Positions 7,281 through 13,830 of a DNA stretch of 13,830 bases are shown here, in pieces (within the stretch, counting starts at the first letter, position 1; every line of letters starts with the position of its first letter). Source of the DNA: Candidatus Eiseniibacteriota bacterium (GTDB lineage Bacteria; Eisenbacteria; RBG-16-71-46; DASYSL01); assembly GCA_046598045.1 (NCBI GenBank), contig JBKJJJ010000051.1, positions 1 through 13,830 on the forward strand, read 5' to 3'. The notes below the pieces were generated by a model. The model was not told where the DNA came from. It worked only from the letters and a program-made list of their open reading frames with translations, and searched no databases. The position numbers and the translations under genes were made by a program.

Positions 7281-8308
7281 TCGCCGCCGACCTGCCCCGC
7301 AACGTCGCGCGCACCGCCCGCCTCGTGCGGGTCGACCCGCGCGCGTGGGCCGTCCGCGACCTCGGGGTCGACGCGCTCGCGGAGCAGTTCCGGGCGGGCG
7401 ACCTCGTGGTGGTCAACGACGCGGCCACGCTGCCCGCCTCGCTGGCGGCTCGCACCGACGACGGCACGGCGATCGAGGTGCGTCTGGCGGTACCGATCGC
7501 CGGGGAGCAGGCGTGGGCCGCGGTGCTGTTCGGTGCGGGCGACTGGCGGACGCGCACGGAGGATCGTCCCGCGCCGCCACGCGTCGCCGCGGGCTCGACG
7601 CTGCACTTCGGCGACGACCTCACCGCGCGGGTCCGCGCGCTGTCGACGCTCTCCCGGCGGCTGGTGCGCCTCGAGTTCGACCGCGCAGGCGACGCGCTGT
7701 GGCCTCTGCTCTACCGCCACGGCGCCCCGGTGCAGTACAGCCACCTCGCGCGCGGGCTCGACCTGTGGGATGCCCAGACCGCGTTCGGCGGGCGGCCATG
7801 GTCGGTCGAGACGCCCTCGGCGGCGCGGCCACTCGATTGGCGCGCGCTCGCGCGGCTCAGGGCGCGGGGTGTCGCGCTCGCGAGCGTCACGCATGCGGCG
7901 GGGCTCTCGTCCACGGGTGACGCAGCGATCGACCGCGCGTTGCCGCTGCCCGAGCGCAGCGAGATCCCCGCGAACACCGTGGCCGCGGTCGATGCTGCGC
8001 GGAAACGCGGCGGGCGCGTGGTCGCGATCGGCACCTCGACCGCGCGCGCGCTCGAGGGCAACGCCCGGGCGTTCGGCGGGCGGCTCGTCCCGGCGTGCGG
8101 CGTGACCTCGCTCAAGATCGGGCCGGGGCACGAGCGGGTGGTGGTCGACGGAATCCTGAGCGGGCTCCACGAGGCGGGATCGAGCCACTTCGAGCTGCTC
8201 ACGGCGTTCGCGCCGCGCACGCTCTTGTCGCTCGCGTGGGCGCATGCGGAGGCGGAGGGTTATCTCGCGGAGGAGTTCGGGGACGCGATGCTGATCCTGG
8301 GTTACTAG
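7277..8308 (+). CDS. QueA-like protein (divergent S-adenosylmethionine:tRNA ribosyltransferase-isomerase family member)
   Basis: 343 aa from GTG 7277 (GTGA overlap with the SDR stop). QueA-family motifs appear in order: GDLVVVNDAATLPASL, QTAFG..PWSVETPSAA, RVVAIGTSTARALE, VDGILSGLHEAGSSH, and C-terminal FGDAMLI. Confidence 0.88.
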   Translation: MIAADLPRNVARTARLVRVDPRAWAVRDLGVDALAEQFRAGDLVVVNDAATLPASLAARTDDGTAIEVRLAVPIAGEQAWAAVLFGAGDWRTRTEDRPAPPRVAAGSTLHFGDDLTARVRALSTLSRRLVRLEFDRAGDALWPLLYRHGAPVQYSHLARGLDLWDAQTAFGGRPWSVETPSAARPLDWRALARLRARGVALASVTHAAGLSSTGDAAIDRALPLPERSEIPANTVAAVDAARKRGGRVVAIGTSTARALEGNARAFGGRLVPACGVTSLKIGPGHERVVVDGILSGLHEAGSSHFELLTAFAPRTLLSLAWAHAEAEGYLAEEFGDAMLILGY

Positions 8309-8580
8309 GCCGCGGCTTCCAGGAGCAGTCTCGGATTCTTGTAGGCGATTAAGAGGAGCATGCGTGCCGGTCCCGATGGCAGGCGTCGCCCCTGCTCCCA
8401 TTCCTGCAACGTGCGTACGGAGACGCACAACAGCCGCGCGAAGTCGACTTGTGACAGACGGGTGCGCGCTCGAATCTTGGAGATCGGCGGCAGGGTAACG
8501 ACGCGGCCGAGTTCCCCGCGCTTGAGCTGCCTGAGACCCGTCAGGATCTCCTGTCCGATGTTGCGCTCGTGTTTAAGCAT
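8305..8580 (-). CDS. higA: HigA-type antitoxin (Cro/XRE HTH)
   Basis: 91 aa from ATG 8580, with GAGGAG SD 7 nt upstream and an 8-nt overlap with the toxin stop. Contains IGQEILTGLRQ...IRARTRLSQVDFARLLCVSVRTLQEWEQGRRLPSGPARMLL. Confidence 0.9.
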   Translation of the reverse strand: MLKHERNIGQEILTGLRQLKRGELGRVVTLPPISKIRARTRLSQVDFARLLCVSVRTLQEWEQGRRLPSGPARMLLLIAYKNPRLLLEAAA

Positions 8581-8887
8581 CTTCGATCTCCTCACGGATT
8601 TGCCTGAGGACCTTGGTCGGGATGTTTTCAGAGACGTTCTTCGCGTAGATGGTCAGCATCCAGATCACGCCCTGCGAGTTGCGAACGAAGTAGATCACCC
8701 GGACGCCCCCGCGCTTCCCGCGACCTCGACTCCCCCAGCGCAACTTCCTCACTCCGCCAGAACCAGGAATGACGTCGCCCAGGTCCGGGTGCGCCACCAG
8801 GGCGAGCTGAAGTGCCGTGTACTCCTGATCGGTGAAGTGGGCCCCGACCAGCTTCGTGAAGAGGGGCGTCTCGACGAAGGTGAACAC
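8573..8887 (-). CDS. higB: RelE/HigB-family type II toxin (toxin-first operon)
   Basis: 104 aa: FVETPLFTK...HPDLGDVIPGSGGVRKLRW...GKRGGVRVIYF...IWMLTIYAKN. This is the HigB-2/RelE-like pattern, directly upstream of an HTH antitoxin. Confidence 0.92.
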   Translation of the reverse strand: MFTFVETPLFTKLVGAHFTDQEYTALQLALVAHPDLGDVIPGSGGVRKLRWGSRGRGKRGGVRVIYFVRNSQGVIWMLTIYAKNVSENIPTKVLRQIREEIEDA

Positions 8888-8922
8888 GACTCGAGACTAC
8901 GTCACTGACGTATGACTGTCAA
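8888..8922 (-). promoter_or_regulatory. Sigma70 promoter of higBA (TTGACA-N17-TAGTCT), leaderless geometry
   Basis: Minus strand: consensus TTGACA (8922-8917), 17 nt, TAGTCT (8899-8894), 6 nt, then the GTG start at 8887. No SD. Confidence 0.85.
8898..8912. promoter_or_regulatory. Palindromic operator TACGTCA-C-TGACGTA, probable HigA autorepression site
   Basis: Perfect 7-bp inverted repeat with a 1-nt spacer, filling the promoter spacer and overlapping the -10. Confidence 0.75.
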
Positions 8923-8950
8923 GGTAGGTGACTGCGATCCTGAATCTTCC

Positions 8951-9721
8951 CTACTGAGCCGCCGCCCTTGCCCGTGTCAGCTTCGATGCGGCCGCCTCAT
9001 CGAGCAGGAAGAGCAGCCGCCCCGGCGCGGGGCGCACGCCCTGCGCGGGCAGGTGCTGGGGATCGAACGGGCCCTCGAGCATGTCGCGCACGATGTCGGC
9101 CTTCTCCCGGCCCGTCACCATGAAGACGATGCGGCGCGCGGCGTCGAGCACCGGCAGCGTGAACGTCAGGCGGCGCGGCGGGGCCTTGGGGGCGTCGGTC
9201 ACGGAGGCGACCCAGCGATCGCGCACGTGGAGTGCGGACGACTGCGGGAACAGCGACGCGGTGTGCCCGTCCTCGCCGAGCCCGAGCCAGATCAGATCCA
9301 GCACGGGCGGCGCGTGTTCCGGCGGCGCCAGTTCGTGCGCGAGCGTCGCGGCGTAGGCGCGCGCGGCGGCCTCGAGGTCGTCGGCGTCGGCCGGCATCCT
9401 GTGGACTTGCGACGGGCCGAGCGGCACACCCGAGAGCAGAGACTCCTCGGCCATCGCGTAGTTGCTCGCCGGATCGTCCGGTGGGACCGCGCGCTCGTCG
9501 CTCCAGTAGACGTGGGTCCGGTGCCACGCGAAGTCGAGGTCGGCCTGGCGGGTGACGGCGCGGTGGAGCTCGCGCGGCGTGTTGCCGCCCGAGAGCGCGA
9601 CATGAAACGCGCCGCGAGCGGCGAGCGCGTGGCGGACGCAATCAACCCACACGCGCGCACCGGCTTCGGCGATGGCTGCGGGGTCTTCGGCAATCACGAG
9701 GTGGGGCGTCGGTCGGTCCAT
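8951..9721 (-). CDS. pgl: 6-phosphogluconolactonase (DevB/Pgl)
   Basis: 256 aa from ATG 9721. Motifs ALSGGNTP, HVYWSDERAVPPDDPASNY, LGLGEDGHTASLFP, PPRRLTFT and G.EK. The upstream part of ORF 8951..10633 is a shadow frame. Confidence 0.95.
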   Translation of the reverse strand: MDRPTPHLVIAEDPAAIAEAGARVWVDCVRHALAARGAFHVALSGGNTPRELHRAVTRQADLDFAWHRTHVYWSDERAVPPDDPASNYAMAEESLLSGVPLGPSQVHRMPADADDLEAAARAYAATLAHELAPPEHAPPVLDLIWLGLGEDGHTASLFPQSSALHVRDRWVASVTDAPKAPPRRLTFTLPVLDAARRIVFMVTGREKADIVRDMLEGPFDPQHLPAQGVRPAPGRLLFLLDEAAASKLTRARAAAQ

Positions 9722-9730
9722 AGGGGAGCG

Positions 9731-9759
9731 ATCATGGACCCCGCCCCCGCCGCGGTCAA
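9731..9759 (-). promoter_or_regulatory. Candidate internal promoter for pgl (TTGACC-N17-CATGAT)
   Basis: Minus strand: TTGACC (9759-9754, containing the upstream gene's TGA), 17 nt, CATGAT (9736-9731), 9 nt, then ATG 9721. No SD before pgl. Confidence 0.45.
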
Positions 9760-11147
9760 CGGGGCGGGGCAGTCCCCTGCTCGATCGGCAGGCCGGCTTC
9801 CCGCCAGGCGCCGGTGCCGCCGAGCACGTTCCAGATCGGGCCCTTGTGCGACTTCGCGAGCAGGCCCGTCGCGATCGCGGAACGGTAGCCGCCCTGGCAG
9901 AGCACGGCGAGCGGCACGTCCGCGGGCACATCCGAGGCGTCGATGTTCGGGCCGAGCGGGACCGAGCGCGCGCCGGGCACATGCCCGTCCTCATATTCGC
10001 CCGGACGCCGCACGTCGAACACGACCGGCGCCGGGCCCGCCTGGGCGAGGCGCTCGGCGAGTTCCCGCGGCGTGACGCTCTCGAACGACGCGATCGCGCG
10101 GCCCGCCCGCGCCCACTCCGCGAGGCCGCCTTCGAGATAGCCTTGGACGTCCTCGAGGCCGACGCGCGCGAGGCGCAGGCGCGCCTCCTGGACTGCCTCG
10201 AGATCGTCGGCGACCAGCACGAGCGGCGTTCCGTGCGGGATGATCGCGCCCGCCGAGGGGGCGAACTGTCCGACCAGTCCGACGTTGAGCGCACCGGGAA
10301 TGTGTCCCGCGCTGAACTCGATGCCGTCCCGCACGTCGAGCACCTGCGCCCCGGTCTCCTGCAATTTCGCGACCGCGTCCGGCGGGAGCGGTTCGAGCGC
10401 CGGCAACTCGGAGAGCGGAGCCGCGCCCACGCGATTGGTCTCGGCGTCGAAGCCGAAGTACTCGGGCGCGGGCGCGAGGTCGGTCGTGACCTGCGAGATG
10501 AACGCCGCGCGCGACATCGGCTTGAGGTTCGAGTTGAAGCGGCGCTGCTCGCCGATCGTGGTGTGCAGCTTCCGGCCGATGTTCCTGCCGCACGCCGAGC
10601 CCGCGCCGTGCGCCGGCCAGACGGTCGTCTCATCGGGCAACGTGAGTAACTTGCCGTGCAGCGAATCGTACAGCATGCCCGCCATGTCCTCGGCGGTGTA
10701 ACCCTTCGAGGTCACGAGGTCGGGACGGCCGACATCGCCGACGAACAGCGTGTCGCCGGTCAGGATGCGCGCGGTCTCCCCCGGAGCGGTCACGAGGTAG
10801 GACACGCCCTCGGGCGTGTGCCCCGGCGTCTCGAGCACGATGATCTTCCCGCGGCCGAGCTCGAGCACGTCGCCGTCCTTCACCGCGCGGTGCGGGAACG
10901 TCGCGCCCGCGCGCGCCGAGAGCACGATGGTCGCGCCCGTGCGCGCAGCCAGCTCCTGGTGCCCGGACACGAAGTCGGCATGGAGATGGGTCTCGAGCAC
11001 GTAGCGGATCGTCAGGCCCTTCGCGCGCGCGGCCTCGAGGTAGAGATCGACGTCGCGCTGCGGGTCGACCACCACGGCCTCGCCCTCGTCCCCGATCAGG
11101 TAGGAGGCGTGCGACAGGCACGACAGGTAGAACTGCTCGAAATCCAT
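9756..11147 (-). CDS. MBL-fold persulfide dioxygenase fused to two rhodanese domains (CstB-like)
   Basis: 463 aa with GGAGG SD. MBL/PDO motifs VVDPQRD, ETHLHADFVSG, TPGHTPE, TGDTLFVGDVGRPDL and WPAHGAGSACG. The first rhodanese (VLDVR...FSAGHIPGALN) lacks the active-site Cys (LVLVADD). The second (VFDVRRPGEYEDGHVPGA...VLCQGGYRS) has it. Confidence 0.9.
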   Translation of the reverse strand: MDFEQFYLSCLSHASYLIGDEGEAVVVDPQRDVDLYLEAARAKGLTIRYVLETHLHADFVSGHQELAARTGATIVLSARAGATFPHRAVKDGDVLELGRGKIIVLETPGHTPEGVSYLVTAPGETARILTGDTLFVGDVGRPDLVTSKGYTAEDMAGMLYDSLHGKLLTLPDETTVWPAHGAGSACGRNIGRKLHTTIGEQRRFNSNLKPMSRAAFISQVTTDLAPAPEYFGFDAETNRVGAAPLSELPALEPLPPDAVAKLQETGAQVLDVRDGIEFSAGHIPGALNVGLVGQFAPSAGAIIPHGTPLVLVADDLEAVQEARLRLARVGLEDVQGYLEGGLAEWARAGRAIASFESVTPRELAERLAQAGPAPVVFDVRRPGEYEDGHVPGARSVPLGPNIDASDVPADVPLAVLCQGGYRSAIATGLLAKSHKGPIWNVLGGTGAWREAGLPIEQGTAPPR

Positions 11148-11161
11148 GAAAGCCTCCGTGC

Positions 11162-12313
11162 TCAGTCCGGGGCGGAGCCTGCGAGCAGGGTCGCGGCGTT
11201 CGCCAGCGCGCGCTCGTAAACAGGCCAGGCACCGGGCGTATCGAGCTGGTCCTCCAGTAAAGTCTCATCGGTCGCGCGCGTCCACGGGTGGCGCGACGGC
11301 AGGGCGCAGGAGCCCGGCAGGTCGACGCATGCATTCAGCGCCAGCTCGCCCTCGGCGGCGACGACTTCGCAGCGCGCCCTGGGCACGCGCGCGGTCAACT
11401 CGACACCGCACACCTCGCCGGCGGGAACGCCCGCCACCGCCTCGAGCACGGCGGACGCCGGCGCATCTTCGCCCCCGCCGTCGCCGTCCTCGGCCTTGAC
11501 GGAGAGGCCCGTGGCGGCGCGCTCGCGCGCCACCGCGATGCGGTCGAGCATCCAGCCGGCGAGCAGTGCAGCGCCCACGGCGGGCCCGCCCGCGCCGTAG
11601 CGCACGACCACGCGCTCGAGGGATGCCGGGAGCGCGGCCGTTGCGGGCTGGTCGAACAGCCCCGCCACCGCCTCGCGCCACGGCGCCAGGCGCGACCACT
11701 CGAAGTCGCCGGGCGACCAGCGGTCGGTGCGCTCCTGCCCGGCGAGGTCCGCGAGCAGCGCGACCGGGTCGGCGGCGCCGCGCGTGTCGATCACGAGGCG
11801 ATCGGCGACATCGAGCACGCGCGACAGGAGCTCGTCGTCCCAGTGTGGCGCGCCGAGCACCCATACGAACACGGGCAGGTCGGGCACGAGCAGCGGCACG
11901 ATCGTGCCCGCGGCGCGGCGGCGCGCCTGCGGGCCGACCGTCAGCGCGATCTGCTCGCAGCACACGTGCCGTCCCGCGCCGCGGATCGCGCACAGCGCCG
12001 TCAGGTGAGCCTCGAGCCGCGCGGGATCGCCCTCGGCGCTGGCCTCGATCACGAACGCGCGCGTCGGGTGCATGCCGGCGACCGCGGCGAGGAGGCGCGT
12101 CGCGCGCTCGGCCTCCTCCGCGTTGGACGCGATCGCGATCAGGTTGCGCGTGCAGGCGCGCGTGACCACAGGACGGCTCGCCGCGCCTGGCTCCTGGCCG
12201 GCCTCGGCGGTCTCGTCCCACAGGCGGCGCAGCTCGCGACCGATCGACTTGACGTCGACCGTCAGCGTGCCACCCCCGCCCAGGATCTCCCTGCCCTGCG
12301 GATCGGCGATCAC
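11162..12313 (-). CDS. opcA: Glucose-6-phosphate dehydrogenase assembly/allosteric protein OpcA
   Basis: 383 aa from GTG 12313 (GTGA overlap with the zwf stop). Motifs I.RELRRLW, TRACTRNL, HPTR, VCCEQI, PLLVPDLPVFVW, DRLVIDT, DFEWSRLAPWREAVAGLFD, LLAGW and VYERAL. Confidence 0.92.
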   Translation of the reverse strand: MIADPQGREILGGGGTLTVDVKSIGRELRRLWDETAEAGQEPGAASRPVVTRACTRNLIAIASNAEEAERATRLLAAVAGMHPTRAFVIEASAEGDPARLEAHLTALCAIRGAGRHVCCEQIALTVGPQARRRAAGTIVPLLVPDLPVFVWVLGAPHWDDELLSRVLDVADRLVIDTRGAADPVALLADLAGQERTDRWSPGDFEWSRLAPWREAVAGLFDQPATAALPASLERVVVRYGAGGPAVGAALLAGWMLDRIAVARERAATGLSVKAEDGDGGGEDAPASAVLEAVAGVPAGEVCGVELTARVPRARCEVVAAEGELALNACVDLPGSCALPSRHPWTRATDETLLEDQLDTPGAWPVYERALANAATLLAGSAPD

Positions 12314-13830
12314 GGGCGCCGCCACTCGCGGCCGTCGCGCTCGAGCAGGGAGGTCGCGGCCTCGGGGCCCCAGGCGCCGGCTTCGTAGTTCGGGAACGCG
12401 GGCGGCGGGGCGTCGGCCCACGCCTGGTGGATCGCGCTCACGAGACCCCACGCCGCCTCGACCTCGTCGCGGCGGATGAACAGCGTCGAGTCGCCGAGCA
12501 GGGCGTCGAGCAGCAGGCGCTCGTAAGCCTCGGGCGGCTCCGCGCCGAACGAGCTGCCGTAGAGGAAGTCCATCTTGACGGGCTCGATCGACAGGCGGGC
12601 GCCCGGGACCTTCGCGCCGAACTTGAGCGAGATGCCCTCCTCGGGCTGGATCCTGAGGGCGAGCACATTCGGGTCCCCCGGGCCCTGCCCGGCGCCGCCG
12701 AAGATCGCGTGCGGCACGCCCCGGAACTGCACGGCGATCTCGGTCACGCGCTTGGGCAGGCGCTTGCCGGCGCGCACGTAGAACGGCACGCCCGCCCAGC
12801 GCCAGTTGTCGATCTCGAACTTGATCGCGGCGAACGTCTCGGTGCCCGAGTCGGGCGCGACGCCCGTCTCGGCGCGGTAGCCGATGACGTCCTCGCCTCC
12901 GACGGAACCCGGCCCGTACTGGCCGCGCACGACGCGCTCGCCCACTTCGCGCGGCGTGAACACGGGCATGGCGCGCAGGACCTTCACCTTCTCGTCGCGC
13001 ACGGCGTCGGCGGCGAACGACACGGGCGGCTCCATCGCGGTGAGTGCGAGCAGCTGCATCATGTGGTTCTGCACGATGTCGCGCAGGGTGCCCGCCTCCT
13101 CGTAGAACTTGCCGCGGCCCTCGACGCCGATCGCCTCGCCCACGGTGATCTGCACGTGGTCGACGTACTTGTGGTTCCACAGCGGCTCGAAGATCGCGTT
13201 GCCGAAGCGGAACACGAGGATGTTCTGCACGGTCTCCTTGCCGAGGTAATGGTCGATGCGGAAGATCTGTTCCTCGTCCGCGACCTTGAGCGCCTCGGCA
13301 TTGAGCGCCTTCGCGCTCGCGAGATCGCGGCCGAACGGCTTCTCGACGATCACGCGCGCGAAGCCGCCCTTCTCCTCGTCGAGCAGCCCGGCCGCGGCGA
13401 GGTTCTGGAACAGCACCGGGTAGAACGACGGCGGCGTCGCGAAGTAGAACAGCCGGTTGCCCGCGGTGCCGTGCTCCTTGTCGATCTCCTCGAGCACGGT
13501 CTTGAGCCGCGCGAACCCGGCAGCGTCGCCGAACTCGCCGGTGATGTAGCGGATCCCCTTCGCGAAGGCATCCCACGCGCCGGGCTCGAGCGGCGCGCGC
13601 GCGTGTTCCCCGACACTCGCCTTGAGATCGGCGGCGAACCCCTCGTCGGTGAACGCGCTGCGGGCGAAGCCGACGATCGCGAAGCGGCCGGGCAGCATGC
13701 CCTCGTGCTTGAGCGTGTAGAGCGCGGGCGCGAGTTTGCGGTGCGCGAGGTCCCCCGTGGCCCCGAAGATCACGACCGTGCACGGCGGCGGCGCGACCTC
13801 GCGAGCGTGGCCCTCCCGGAACGGCGACAG
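12310..13830 (-). CDS. zwf: Glucose-6-phosphate 1-dehydrogenase (5'-partial; frame open to the window end)
   Basis: Motifs VIFGATGDLAHRKL, VEKPFGRDL, FRIDHYLGKETVQN, LRDIVQNH, WRWAGVPFYVRAGK, EAYERLLLD and NYEAGAWGP. The frame continues upstream of 13773 (LSPFREGHAREVAPPPCTVVIFG) without a stop. Confidence 0.97.
   Translation of the reverse strand: MSPFREGHAREVAPPPCTVVIFGATGDLAHRKLAPALYTLKHEGMLPGRFAIVGFARSAFTDEGFAADLKASVGEHARAPLEPGAWDAFAKGIRYITGEFGDAAGFARLKTVLEEIDKEHGTAGNRLFYFATPPSFYPVLFQNLAAAGLLDEEKGGFARVIVEKPFGRDLASAKALNAEALKVADEEQIFRIDHYLGKETVQNILVFRFGNAIFEPLWNHKYVDHVQITVGEAIGVEGRGKFYEEAGTLRDIVQNHMMQLLALTAMEPPVSFAADAVRDEKVKVLRAMPVFTPREVGERVVRGQYGPGSVGGEDVIGYRAETGVAPDSGTETFAAIKFEIDNWRWAGVPFYVRAGKRLPKRVTEIAVQFRGVPHAIFGGAGQGPGDPNVLALRIQPEEGISLKFGAKVPGARLSIEPVKMDFLYGSSFGAEPPEAYERLLLDALLGDSTLFIRRDEVEAAWGLVSAIHQAWADAPPPAFPNYEAGAWGPEAATSLLERDGREWRRP

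Noticed and set aside
5645..8308. Apparent 887-aa giant QueA fusion
   Set aside because: Only 7277-8308 is QueA-like. The upstream part overlaps three real genes in other frames or strands, and a GTGA coupled start exists at 7277.
9739..9769. Inverted repeat CCCCGCCCC / GGGGCGGGG at the end of the CstB-like gene as an intrinsic terminator
   Set aside because: Low-complexity arms, a 13-nt loop and no U-tract on either strand; it could be a pause or stability hairpin but cannot be called.
9756..11147. Metallo-beta-lactamase resistance gene or glyoxalase II
   Set aside because: HLHADF (not HxHxDH), the GRPDL and HGAGSxCG motifs and fused rhodanese domains indicate the persulfide dioxygenase branch.
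11162..13783. Apparent 873-aa OpcA ORF, or a Zwf-OpcA frameshift fusion
   Set aside because: The upstream 490 codons are an out-of-frame shadow of zwf. zwf ends normally and opcA starts at the overlapping GTG; no slippery site was seen.
1..13830. tRNA/rRNA genes, CRISPR arrays, IS elements, integrases or prophage genes
   Set aside because: The window is almost fully protein-coding with short intergenic gaps; no regularly spaced repeats, terminal inverted repeats or recombinase motifs were seen.

Overview
High-GC (roughly 70-75%) bacterial DNA, probably from a diderm because it encodes a TonB C-terminal-domain protein; the taxon cannot be determined from this window. Layout: a 5'-truncated long-form GreA, then glk, tkt and an exported protein with a TonB C-terminal domain (all +). 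Next come an XRE-cupin regulator (-) divergent from an SDR oxidoreductase/QueA-like pair (+), and a lower-GC higBA-type toxin-antitoxin module (-). The window ends with a minus-strand oxidative pentose phosphate operon: zwf (5'-truncated), opcA, a CstB-like persulfide dioxygenase-rhodanese fusion, and pgl. The glucose/pentose-phosphate genes thus form two convergent blocks with about 4 kb of accessory genes between them. Best leads: (1) the regulator/SDR/non-canonical QueA-paralog module, with an apparent bidirectional promoter and a structured leader that could switch conformation; (2) a persulfide-detoxifying enzyme embedded between a Cys-rich opcA and pgl; (3) a TagO/VasI-like domain fused to TonB_C behind a signal peptide; (4) a perfect palindrome present twice inside coding sequence; (5) several promoters placed for leaderless translation. 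All family assignments come from motif recognition by eye; no database search was run.
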